NCBI GenBank assembly: GCA_046329575.1
Contig: JAXLUJ010000013.1
Span: 4,338 to 68,337, forward strand
From: Chitinophagales bacterium
Lineage (GTDB): Bacteria; Bacteroidota; Bacteroidia; Chitinophagales; LD1
Length of the DNA stretch: 64,000 bases
Direction: 5' to 3'
In this document: piece by piece, positions 45,772 through 55,248 of the stretch
Layout of the letters: the number at the start of each line of letters is the position of its first letter
Position numbering within the stretch: position 1 is the stretch's first letter
Position numbers and translations under genes: made by a program
Notes under the pieces: model-generated
The model's database searches: none
Seen by the model: the letters and a program-made list of their open reading frames with translations, nothing else
What the model was told of the DNA's origin: nothing

Positions 45772-48700
45772 ATACTGATTTTTTGGGAAAAGAGATGTTT
45801 ACCTTGCTGCAGCACCCGGATCTGATACGCTCCCGAAGCTATATTTTTTGTGTCAATAACCACTCTGTTGCCCGAAAATTCCCATTGATCCAAAACCACT
45901 TCACCTAAATAATTGAGCATCTGTATATGCTTACCGTTAAAAAAATCGTTTTTAACGGTAACAAAAACCGAATTGCCGGCAGGAATGGGATACACATGGT
46001 ATTCCGGAGTAGTGCAGATGGAAATGGAGGTATCCGGTTCCTTTTTCAGGGCGATGCCTACCTGATCGCAAATATCGTAATCATCATACGCTTCGGGCGA
46101 AGACCAATTCAGCAGTGCCCGAGCCTCAAAAACTGCCATACCTCCTTCAATATAGCAGGAATGCGCTATATCGTACAATTGCTGATACCCCTCTTCATCT
46201 AAATAGGAAGAATCAGTAACTACTGAATGCAGATAGGCATCCGTTACCTGTTTTTTATTGCGTTCATAATATTCCAAATCAGAAAGATTCCAGTTGCTAT
46301 CGATTAACTGCAGTCTTCTGTCCTCAAAAATAGCTTGTTCAGCCGAATGTATAGCTTCTTGCAATACCCTTTCACTATCAATGAGGGCATACAGCAGTTC
46401 TCGCTGTACGATATAGGCCGAATCTGGAAGTGCAATAAAAGACGACTGTGTATCGCTTGATGTCCATAGCTGCTCCAGACTGTCCGATACATTTAAAATG
46501 GCGGTATCATCCGGTTCGGCAGTAACAGTTAATATGCGTGCGGCAGCATCCAGGGTATCTAACTGCCGTTCATACTGGCTTTGGCGCAGATAGCTGGTCT
46601 GCAACTGATCGCTATGTACCGAAGTATAATCGCGCAGATGTTTTTTTGCATCAGCCACCTGTACGAACCGCTCTATTTCGGTACCGTGGTTTTGTTGGTA
46701 AAAATCGTATTCGGGGCTGCCGAAAATAAGGCTGTCGCGGGCATCGCCCAGGGCGCCCAGCACCTGTTCTTTGGCATCCCATTTGTTAACCTCCGTAAAA
46801 TAATCGGGATTGTATTTCCCTTCCATCACCTGCCTTTCGAATTCCGACAGTATCGGATTCGTACCGGCCGTCAAAGCCGGTAGCGCACTGCCACCGGAAC
46901 ATTTTGGCAAATCGGAATAGAACGGATCTCCACGAAACCAGCCATTTAATTTGATATCGACATTGAGATTCCCGGTATTAATCGGATTAATGAAGGAAGG
47001 CGTTACCTTATCTAAGGTCGGGCTCTGATCGGAACTGCCAGAGGCAGGAGTTACAAAACGGCTTGCCGCACCATTTCCCGTTTGGTCCAATAGTTGGCTT
47101 TGGTTCCAGGCAGCGGCGCCGCTGGTCATCGGATTGGTGCCATAACTACCCATCCAGCGGTTACCCTTTTGGGATTGATCGCCAATTAAACCCGATGCCG
47201 TAATCTGCACTCCCAAATAATTGCCTATGTTACCTCTTCCAATTTCATTGGTTTTGAAATCGGTATTCTGGTTTCGTCCTTCGAATCGAAAGCCGGTCCG
47301 CAAATTGTAGGCAGAATTGCACTCTAAACGTAACCCGCCTAAGGTATTTGCGGCTATGCAAAAACCACGCGGGTATTGTTGATTAGAGGCCATAATCGGC
47401 CCAATATTCTGGGCCGTATTGGAAAGTATCTGAATATTGGTGCTGTTGTGAACATTAAAGCAGTTGTTCGGCCGGATCTGATTAGAAATTGCCGTTACCG
47501 TATTTTCCTGTACCGAAACATTTTTATCGGTACCGCCATTTACGCCGTTAAATGTTACGCCCTCTACACCCCGCTTAATAGTTACAATATTATGTAGAAT
47601 ACTCAATGTGGGATAGCTGTTCGCCACATCATCGGTCACAACGATTCCAAACCCATAATTTGATGAAGACGGCCCGTGAAAAACGCCCCACTCCCAACGC
47701 TCCACATCCACTGTATTGTTACTTATAGAGTGCTTGAGGGGGCTCCAGCCTGCCTGCCTGCAATAATTCATAGCAATGCCAATTGATTGCGGCTCCAGTT
47801 TAAAAAACGGTTGCGCCTGAAACGGAGACGGCGTAAATCCAAGCATACGAATATAATTGTTCTCAATAGTGATTGTTGAATTCACACATCTGTTGATCAA
47901 TATGCCGGTTTGGCAGTAATTTAAATGATTACCGGAAACATTTATAGTATAAGCATCTTCTACTTTCACAGCCTTCCGGCACAATTTAAACAATGAATTC
48001 GTGACCTGAAGGTTATTACTAATTGCAGGGAATTTGCCTTTCGCATAAATTCCATTACCACATCGCATTCCGGTTCCTCCCGCGCCGGCAGGCTCTTCAA
48101 ACGCTAAATACGTTGCCGGGTGTGCCGGGTCGGGCAACTCGTAAAATTTAGCGTTGTCGATAGTAAGGGTGGAATTTCTGAGTACGATGCCATTCGCGAT
48201 ATGTTTAAAGTTGCCGGTAACAATATCGGGTACTACCGTTTGGTTCAAAACCATTCCGGCAAAAGCCCAGTTGTTATTTGGTAGTGTCATATCTAAAACG
48301 GTAGGCTCACCTACTGCATTCCACATACCCGGAAAAGGTTTTTTTAAATTTTGGTTTCCTTCAAACAAGGTGAGATTCCCCAGTTGAATGCTGCACTTTC
48401 TTACTGCGCCTAAAACCGTTGGCGGAAAAGGAGCGGTATAGATCCCTATAAAATTGTTTCGGAATGCCGCATAATCGCAATAGAGCTGGCTCTTTTGGTT
48501 AAGTTGAATGGCATATTGAGCATCCTGAATTTCTTTAAATCGAACCAGAGAGAGTTTAGCATCAGCCGACACTTTAAAGCCCTGCCACAGGCAATCGCCC
48601 AGGGAAGCTATCGAGCAGGTTGCCAAAATCAAATTTTGCGATGGCAACACCGTGATTGACCCGCCCGGAACTACAAGAAATTTCACGAAACTAAAAACAT

Positions 48701-51700
48701 ACTGATTGCTGGTAACATTACCCGCAATTACAACTACCGGCGGGTTGGCCGAGCTGCCCAGATACATATTCGGATATCCTTTCCCGGCCATATACGAAGC
48801 AATTTCTGCACCATCGGGAATTACCATAGCTATCGGAAACGGCGATGTATAATTATAACTGATCGCCGCAGTCGACTGATTGAATTGCGTAACCGTAACC
48901 GTATAGGTTCCGCTCATGATGGGCGTAATAGTTGAAGTAGCGGCACCCGTATTCCACTCATAACTTTGTGCAGCCGGGGCTTCCAGCATCGGCAGGCCGC
49001 AATCATCAAAACATCTGGTCACAACAACTTGTTTTGAAGCCACAGCCTGGCAGCCATTTGCTTTAGTTACTGTAACAGAATAGTTATATGACCCGGAAAC
49101 GATCGGGGCTGAAAAAGTAATAGCCGGCGAAGAGGCGGGAGAATTACTCCATTGATAGGTTACGCCATTATTAGCAGTTAAAGTAATGTCATTACCGGTA
49201 CACACGGTGTTAGCTGATGCAGTGATTACCGGGTTACATTGCGGAATAACTATTTCATCAAAATGCGATTGAATAACTTCCGTTTGTTGTTTACAGTAGA
49301 GGTTGTATTGCCACTCCAAATCCAAACGCGGGATGTCGAAAAGGCAATTTTGGGGAGTAAACTCAAGCTGTAATTGAAGTTGGTCTTCTGAACCTGGATT
49401 ACCATCAGTAACGCCGTCGGCACCAAAAGCTGAATTGACTGCAAAGTTGGTCAGGTTCAACGAATTTAACGTTCCAAGATCAAGATTATTAATGGTATTG
49501 GGAAGCGTTAGGGTTGCATTTGCAACCACCACACCTCTTCGTAAAAGACTCCATCGGTGAAGTGTTAAACCCGGTTGAGGCGTCCAGAAAACTTTCATAT
49601 TTCCGGCACCTCCTTTACCGGGATTATGAAATGCGATAATATATTTTAAATCAGCATTGCCGTTGCAAATTGGGTTTACCGGAGGGGTCAGTTCCAAACT
49701 GGCGGTAGCCACTTGTGGTGGGGTAATGGACAGCGTGTAAGGCAAAGACGCCGAGTTCATGCAACTATTTCCAAAGGGAGAGAAATTTGTAGCAACTTCA
49801 TTTGGATAATTTCCATCACAACTCCATCCATATTGTAATGGAATTTGAAAAAGATGCTCCGGCAAGCAATCAGCAAATCGGAATTTTAACTGACAATTAA
49901 CTGAATTCTGGTTTAAAGGACCAAAGGTATATACGACATAACAATTACCATTTACGTCGGTTCTGTAAACCGGTTGTATTGGAACTGAGTTTAACATTAC
50001 GCCATCCAGATCGATTTGACCTGCCAATCCTGAAATAGGGAATGGCCCTAAAGGGGTTCCCGTGCATGCGGCTGCTGTGGGCACGGCGATATGAATAAAA
50101 AAAGAAGTGTTATCAGTAGCCCCGCCTCCAATCGGCTGGGTCACATCCATATTTAGATTATATGAAAATGTATTTCCTACAATAAAGTTAGGTTGTGTTT
50201 GAATAGCTTGCGGTGTAATAGTTAGCGTAGGGGGCGAAAGTATTGGATTGTTACTGATTCCAGCGCCGCCAATATCCGTGACTACTGCTACATTGTTACA
50301 GTAATTGTCGAAATCGGCAAGACTCATCGAAAAATCAGTTTGCTGAATAACTCCATTGGAAGGCGTTGGTCCCGTACATTCAGGAATAATCTCTGTAATT
50401 AGACCTTGCTCAAAGTATTCATCGCCCAATACTAAAGCTGGCAAATTATTTAATGGGGTTGGACTGCCGATTGTTCTAAATTCATTTTCATTAAATATAC
50501 TCGGCAAAGATGTCCAATATGCAGCAACAAAGGGGTTCAATGGAACTGTGTTTCCTGTAATAGTTGCAGGCATACTTTCGCGCATCAATTGATATCCTGC
50601 AGCATTGTTAGTGTTCAAATAAACGGAACCCGAGCCACTGCCATATCCATATCCCGAATAAGGTTGAACAGGAATAGGAAGACTACTCCAAATCGGACTA
50701 ATGGCGGGTTGATTTGCAAAATTATCTGTTACTGATGTTATATACTGTTGATCTACCTGAAAATTATTAAATGTTTGCGCAACAGTATAAAGCCATTTTA
50801 ATTTTGCCCGGAACCCGTTGGGAATATTTAGGTTAAATTTATAGGGAGTTGTTAAATTATTTGCACCTTGTATTCGGGGGCCATTAAATAAATTAAGCGC
50901 TACGTCTCCCGGAATCGGACGAATTTCATACGGAAATACGTTAACCAGTCCATTGAAGCCATCAACATAAAATTTGTGCCTCATTTTATTGTACTTATGA
51001 CAAGAATTCGGATTGTCCCACGTTTCTTCTGTTTCCTTCCTAATCGGAAAAAAGGTAACACCATCTACGCGCGGTTCGCACATAAAGTATCTGGCATCGG
51101 CTGTAGAATTTGCTATTGGTGAACTAACGCAAGGTTGACCAGGGTGAAGCTCATTCGTTTCACCGGCATCTTTCATTTTACTGTGAGGATCCCCCTCAAA
51201 TACCCCGTTTAATTTAACATCACTTTCAGTGGCGCCGTAAACACCAAAAAGGTAACTGATCGCAAGAATCGTCTTAGGTTGACTAACATTTTTACATACG
51301 GTATAGTGCGATTCAATTTTAAAGACTTGACCCGGATGAAACTCAGTTAAATTAAGATCGCTATTAGTAAAATGATAAAGAAATATTGATTTATCACCAA
51401 TAACGTTGCCGTTTTGAATAGCCGATTTATATACACTACCAGCGGGAATGTTATTTGCAAAATCACTTTGACTATTAAAAACGGTAAGTTGAATACTACC
51501 ATTCGATGGCAAGTCTTTCGATTCGCGCAATAATCCTTGATCGTCTAACCAGGATAACTGTAAATAAATATCTTCAATCTTACGCCCCCCACAAGCGGCC
51601 CATTCCGAATAAGAATAACCAACTGTTGAAGTGCCATCAAAAAAGTTTGCGTAAGAAACAACCTTGAGTTGATCGCCTAGCATAACGCTATGCGTTTGAA

Positions 51701-52502
51701 TATTCGGAGTATTCGCATTTACCATAGTAAAAGGATTTGTAGGCGTTCCGTCATCAACTCTTCCGTCATTGTCTTCATCCTTAAATCCGAAAGTGGTTCG
51801 ATTAGCTTGAAGCGAGGATGTTATGATTCCAGGGGTTACACAACCAGGACAAAAGACAACGAAACGAAAGGCTTGTTCGTTCAATGGTATAAAACACTCT
51901 GTAACGCAAGTATTCGGCGAATGGAGTGGGTTTGGTGAAAAATATGTATGCATGTAGGCATAAGGATTAGACTTGGTTGGGTCAGAAAGAGGACAACATC
52001 CGCGAATCCAAAACTTAATTTTTGAACCGAGAAAAAAGTTAACAAAGTCGCTCATACCCGGTGCTGTAATCCCTGATTGTATTAACTCATTTTTCAAGTC
52101 GTCTAAGTCAAAAATGGCATAGGCATCGGCATTTGGATCAAATGTCGGCGCCATTGCATCTTGAAAGTTACTTGGATTCCAAACCGTATTACCTTTTTCT
52201 ATCCTAGGCGATTGTCCGCAAATTAAGTTTGCTTCTAAATTATATACTATTGCAAATTTTCCCCGAGGGAAAGCGGTCTCAGTCTCGCAGAATAATTGCC
52301 CGTCGCCATTCAAGTTCTGAATTTGTGTAGCCGGAAAAGAAGCATTAATAATTTCGTTATCATATTCGTCGTTACTACATGATCCAACATTGCGATCTAC
52401 GATTCCAAAGTTATATTGGTGCGGATACTGTTTTAATTCAAGATCAGGGGCGGTTATCCCATCTGCCATTTGAGTTGAGATTCCTTTTGATGGCAAATTC
52501 AC
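45762..52502 (-). CDS. Giant T9SS-CTD protein lacking its own signal peptide (beta-sandwich/Ig-like repeats, DxDxDG motif, right-handed beta-helix region, helical region, type-A CTD); in frame with the upstream 500-aa ORF across one TAG
   Basis: 2246 aa. The N-terminus MNLPSKGISTQMADGITAPD is not a leader. Contains DEDNDGRVDDG. Ig-like segment VCTGNDITLTANNGVTYQWS. PbH1-like repeats (…NSTLTIDNAKF…VSGNHLNYCQTGILINRCVNSTITIENNYI…). CTD is YHVYPIPAGNSVFV…GAYQIRVLQQGKHL. Confidence 0.8.
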   Translation of the reverse strand: MNLPSKGISTQMADGITAPDLELKQYPHQYNFGIVDRNVGSCSNDEYDNEIINASFPATQIQNLNGDGQLFCETETAFPRGKFAIVYNLEANLICGQSPRIEKGNTVWNPSNFQDAMAPTFDPNADAYAIFDLDDLKNELIQSGITAPGMSDFVNFFLGSKIKFWIRGCCPLSDPTKSNPYAYMHTYFSPNPLHSPNTCVTECFIPLNEQAFRFVVFCPGCVTPGIITSSLQANRTTFGFKDEDNDGRVDDGTPTNPFTMVNANTPNIQTHSVMLGDQLKVVSYANFFDGTSTVGYSYSEWAACGGRKIEDIYLQLSWLDDQGLLRESKDLPSNGSIQLTVFNSQSDFANNIPAGSVYKSAIQNGNVIGDKSIFLYHFTNSDLNLTEFHPGQVFKIESHYTVCKNVSQPKTILAISYLFGVYGATESDVKLNGVFEGDPHSKMKDAGETNELHPGQPCVSSPIANSTADARYFMCEPRVDGVTFFPIRKETEETWDNPNSCHKYNKMRHKFYVDGFNGLVNVFPYEIRPIPGDVALNLFNGPRIQGANNLTTPYKFNLNIPNGFRAKLKWLYTVAQTFNNFQVDQQYITSVTDNFANQPAISPIWSSLPIPVQPYSGYGYGSGSGSVYLNTNNAAGYQLMRESMPATITGNTVPLNPFVAAYWTSLPSIFNENEFRTIGSPTPLNNLPALVLGDEYFEQGLITEIIPECTGPTPSNGVIQQTDFSMSLADFDNYCNNVAVVTDIGGAGISNNPILSPPTLTITPQAIQTQPNFIVGNTFSYNLNMDVTQPIGGGATDNTSFFIHIAVPTAAACTGTPLGPFPISGLAGQIDLDGVMLNSVPIQPVYRTDVNGNCYVVYTFGPLNQNSVNCQLKFRFADCLPEHLFQIPLQYGWSCDGNYPNEVATNFSPFGNSCMNSASLPYTLSITPPQVATASLELTPPVNPICNGNADLKYIIAFHNPGKGGAGNMKVFWTPQPGLTLHRWSLLRRGVVVANATLTLPNTINNLDLGTLNSLNLTNFAVNSAFGADGVTDGNPGSEDQLQLQLEFTPQNCLFDIPRLDLEWQYNLYCKQQTEVIQSHFDEIVIPQCNPVITASANTVCTGNDITLTANNGVTYQWSNSPASSPAITFSAPIVSGSYNYSVTVTKANGCQAVASKQVVVTRCFDDCGLPMLEAPAAQSYEWNTGAATSTITPIMSGTYTVTVTQFNQSTAAISYNYTSPFPIAMVIPDGAEIASYMAGKGYPNMYLGSSANPPVVVIAGNVTSNQYVFSFVKFLVVPGGSITVLPSQNLILATCSIASLGDCLWQGFKVSADAKLSLVRFKEIQDAQYAIQLNQKSQLYCDYAAFRNNFIGIYTAPFPPTVLGAVRKCSIQLGNLTLFEGNQNLKKPFPGMWNAVGEPTVLDMTLPNNNWAFAGMVLNQTVVPDIVTGNFKHIANGIVLRNSTLTIDNAKFYELPDPAHPATYLAFEEPAGAGGTGMRCGNGIYAKGKFPAISNNLQVTNSLFKLCRKAVKVEDAYTINVSGNHLNYCQTGILINRCVNSTITIENNYIRMLGFTPSPFQAQPFFKLEPQSIGIAMNYCRQAGWSPLKHSISNNTVDVERWEWGVFHGPSSSNYGFGIVVTDDVANSYPTLSILHNIVTIKRGVEGVTFNGVNGGTDKNVSVQENTVTAISNQIRPNNCFNVHNSTNIQILSNTAQNIGPIMASNQQYPRGFCIAANTLGGLRLECNSAYNLRTGFRFEGRNQNTDFKTNEIGRGNIGNYLGVQITASGLIGDQSQKGNRWMGSYGTNPMTSGAAAWNQSQLLDQTGNGAASRFVTPASGSSDQSPTLDKVTPSFINPINTGNLNVDIKLNGWFRGDPFYSDLPKCSGGSALPALTAGTNPILSEFERQVMEGKYNPDYFTEVNKWDAKEQVLGALGDARDSLIFGSPEYDFYQQNHGTEIERFVQVADAKKHLRDYTSVHSDQLQTSYLRQSQYERQLDTLDAAARILTVTAEPDDTAILNVSDSLEQLWTSSDTQSSFIALPDSAYIVQRELLYALIDSERVLQEAIHSAEQAIFEDRRLQLIDSNWNLSDLEYYERNKKQVTDAYLHSVVTDSSYLDEEGYQQLYDIAHSCYIEGGMAVFEARALLNWSSPEAYDDYDICDQVGIALKKEPDTSISICTTPEYHVYPIPAGNSVFVTVKNDFFNGKHIQMLNYLGEVVLDQWEFSGNRVVIDTKNIASGAYQIRVLQQGKHLFSQKISICH

Positions 52503-52514
52503 ATTTGCCGGAAA

Positions 52515-54017
52515 CTACGGAAGCGATGTTCCTGAAGTTTCCGTAAAACTAGTTTTACTGGAACTAAACTCTTGAAAAGTGTAACAAGCCAAATCGTACC
52601 TTCCCTTTACTTCAAAATGATTAAAAACATAATTGTAAAGTGATTGCGGCCATTTATTGTTAGTGGTAACAAGATTTGCTGGACATACTCTGGTTGTTTT
52701 AAACTGCAAAATGAAAAGATCATCTGCTGCTAAATCCCCTAAGCCTTTATAGTAGGCCTTTAATCGTCCATTAGCATCATTCACTGAATACGGACTATTT
52801 TTATGTCCAATAGATTGGATATCGAAGGCAGCCGGAAACAAATATGAACTTATTGGATTTAAATCGCCATCTACTTTTTGCACTTCAATATCAGTCACAT
52901 CTAAATAATCTAATTGGGGAAACAGATCATAAATTTGGATATATGCATTCTTGACTGCACATGTATTTTGAATAAGAAATTTCCAGTTTTGTGAGGCACC
53001 GATACAAGAATTATCCCATGCCTCATTGTCCGCAGGTAGTATCCTGCTTACTGTCATTGCTTTAGGATCAACAGGATTTGTGAAGGTAAAAGAACAATTT
53101 GGTTCAAAAATACATGATGAATTCGACTCACATGTCCATGCCGCTGTAACACTTACCTGACATGGTGCATTTAAGCACGTGGGCGTGATTGAGGTTAAAC
53201 CCTGGTGTTTTAAAGAAAATACAAAATTAATTTCTTCGTGAGGCGGAATTGGAGTATTAGCAAACGACCTGGAAAAAGTGTAACGGCCTGTGATAACTGG
53301 ATCCGGAACCAAAGTGACATTAATAGGTTGATTGCTAATTGATGAAGGCAAAATAATTTTTGCAGAGGACATTACCTGAAAATTATCCGGACAGTGTATA
53401 TCCAGCGTAACTGTAACATTGCCCTTGAACTCGCTATCTCCTGTATTCTGGAATATGGATTTAAGATCACTTAGTTGTCCCGGTACATAGTTCTGATTTG
53501 CAGTGGAGTTACAAGTAAGTATTGGATAATGCATAGCAGAATTTATCGTCAATCCACTTGATAATACAGTAATGTTTTGTTGAAAAGCCGGCGCAGTAAC
53601 CGAATTGTTAGGAATCAATCCACATTTTGGATGTACCTTAAAAGGTAAAATTAATACTTCTCCTGCTGCAAATGACTGGCTCGAAGTGTATGTGATTTCA
53701 TAACCAGTTCCGGAACTATTTGGTGCTAAGCTGAAATCAGGCGGCATCACTGTCAGAGTATAAAGTCCGGTAGAAATGCTCGAATTATTTTTCTTTAAAG
53801 AATAACCAATTACCAAGTTTGTATTAGCACTAAAGGCGGAATTGAACTTAATTTCAATGGAAACATCATTATCTGTACATGCTTTTAAGTCAATAGTTTG
53901 GGTAAGATTTGTTAGTGTTACCGATTGTGAAAACATTATCGCCGGAATACCAACGAAAAAAATGATCCATAATAACTTTCTGATTCCTACGAGAGGACAC
54001 ACGGATTTGCTGTTCAT
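52515..54017 (-). CDS. Signal-peptide-bearing beta-sandwich-repeat protein without CTD; probable N-terminal part of the giant ORF downstream
   Basis: 500 aa. Leader LLWIIFFVGIPAIMFSQS. CARDB/DUF11-like segment (NTGDSEFKGNVTVTLDI). Ends …TSGTSLP-TAG, 12 nt before the GTG of the next ORF and in the same frame. Confidence 0.75.
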   Translation of the reverse strand: MNSKSVCPLVGIRKLLWIIFFVGIPAIMFSQSVTLTNLTQTIDLKACTDNDVSIEIKFNSAFSANTNLVIGYSLKKNNSSISTGLYTLTVMPPDFSLAPNSSGTGYEITYTSSQSFAAGEVLILPFKVHPKCGLIPNNSVTAPAFQQNITVLSSGLTINSAMHYPILTCNSTANQNYVPGQLSDLKSIFQNTGDSEFKGNVTVTLDIHCPDNFQVMSSAKIILPSSISNQPINVTLVPDPVITGRYTFSRSFANTPIPPHEEINFVFSLKHQGLTSITPTCLNAPCQVSVTAAWTCESNSSCIFEPNCSFTFTNPVDPKAMTVSRILPADNEAWDNSCIGASQNWKFLIQNTCAVKNAYIQIYDLFPQLDYLDVTDIEVQKVDGDLNPISSYLFPAAFDIQSIGHKNSPYSVNDANGRLKAYYKGLGDLAADDLFILQFKTTRVCPANLVTTNNKWPQSLYNYVFNHFEVKGRYDLACYTFQEFSSSKTSFTETSGTSLP

Positions 54018-54167
54018 AAAGTGAGTTTTAGATGTTATTAACCACTAAAACAGAAAAACAGTAATCCCCTAAAAAGCTAAAACATTATTCCTGAAAATTG
54101 AAGAGGGTTGCGGTTATAGTGTTTTTGTGATTGCGTTTTGGTTTCTTCGAATTTAGTACTTTTTTAT

Positions 54168-54956
54168 TCACGGCAAATCATTCACATCAAATTTGAAATA
54201 CGGATTTTCAAAATGAAGATCTTTATAATGTATCAGTTTCCATTCGCCATTATGATATTCCAGCGCCGTCATATTTTCTACCCAATCCCCGGAATTCATA
54301 TAAGTAACCGTTCCCTTTTCGGTTTGAATTTCCTTTATGCAGGGTAAATGAATATGCCCGTTAATCACACAATCGTAACCATTGTCAATCGCTATCTCGG
54401 CCGCCGTCAATTCATAGTTACCAAACTTTTTCACCCCTCGCTTCGTAGCATCCTTAATGGCCTTGGTGAAGTTTACATGTTCTTTCCCCAACAAAACTCT
54501 GATGAAGTTCACCAACTTGTTGGCCAATATCAGCAGTTCGTAGCCGGTGTTACCCAATTTCGCCAGCCATCGGGAACCGCGCATGCTCACATCAAAAATA
54601 TCGCCGTGAAAAAACCAATGGCGCTTGCCGTCCAGTTCCAGAATCAGTTTATCTTCCAACTGCAAGTTCCCCAAATTCATGCCGCTGTATCGGCGCAACA
54701 ACTCATCGTGATTGCCGGTGAGATAATACACCTGAACGCCTTCGCTCAAAAATTTGAAAATGCGCTGTAATACCTTAGTGTGCGATTTTGGAAAATAGTA
54801 CGACCGGAATTGCCAAATGTCAATCAAATCGCCATTAATCACCAATATTTCAGGCTGTATCGACTTCAGGTACTTGTTTAACTCCTTCGCCCTGCAGCCT
54901 AAAAAGCCCAGATGCACATCTGAGATCACACAAACTTTAACTGCGCGCTTTGCCAT
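54168..54956 (-). CDS. UDP-2,3-diacylglucosamine diphosphatase-like metallophosphoesterase
   Basis: 262 aa. DVHLG, GDLIDIW, GNHDE and GHIH motifs of the calcineurin-like/LpxH-type fold. Confidence 0.75.
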   Translation of the reverse strand: MAKRAVKVCVISDVHLGFLGCRAKELNKYLKSIQPEILVINGDLIDIWQFRSYYFPKSHTKVLQRIFKFLSEGVQVYYLTGNHDELLRRYSGMNLGNLQLEDKLILELDGKRHWFFHGDIFDVSMRGSRWLAKLGNTGYELLILANKLVNFIRVLLGKEHVNFTKAIKDATKRGVKKFGNYELTAAEIAIDNGYDCVINGHIHLPCIKEIQTEKGTVTYMNSGDWVENMTALEYHNGEWKLIHYKDLHFENPYFKFDVNDLP

Positions 54957-55093
54957 AGCTCGAAAATTAGAAATTATTCTGCGCTTGAAAACCTTGTTGT
55001 AAGGTTTAAACTAAAAATAACGTAGTGGTAATGCGGTGCCAATTTCGTTTTTAAAGAAGTCCGCCTTATATTCGCGGCGCTCTTTAATTACAG

Positions 55094-55190
55094 TTTATCA
55101 AGAAAGGCGGAGGGACAGGCCCTATGATGCCTTAGCAACCGGTGGAACTCCATGTGGTGCTAATTCCTGCCCCAAAGGGGAAAGATAAGG
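55094..55190 (+). promoter_or_regulatory. SAM-I (S-box) riboswitch aptamer upstream of metH
   Basis: TTATCAAGAAAGGCGGAGGGACAGGCCCTATGATGCCTTAGCAACC…GGTGCTAATTCCTGCCCCAAAGGGGAAAGATAAG matches the conserved AUCAAGAG-GGCGGAGGGAC-GGCCC-AUGA-GCC-GCAACC…GGUGCUAAUUCC…AGAUAAG core, with P1 TTATC/GATAA. Confidence 0.9.
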
Positions 55191-55248
55191 TGATCGTACA
55201 TTACTCTTATCGGATTTTTTTGTAAGCTGTAAAAAGGCACAAACTCTA

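Noticed and set aside
52515-52517. Pyrrolysine or another reassigned reading of the in-frame TAG
   Set aside because: No pyl genes are visible here and none are expected in Bacteroidota. Other genes in the window also terminate with TAG (e.g. dinB, the paralogs, lptD-like), so global reassignment is excluded. Local readthrough or mutation remains open and is listed as a finding.
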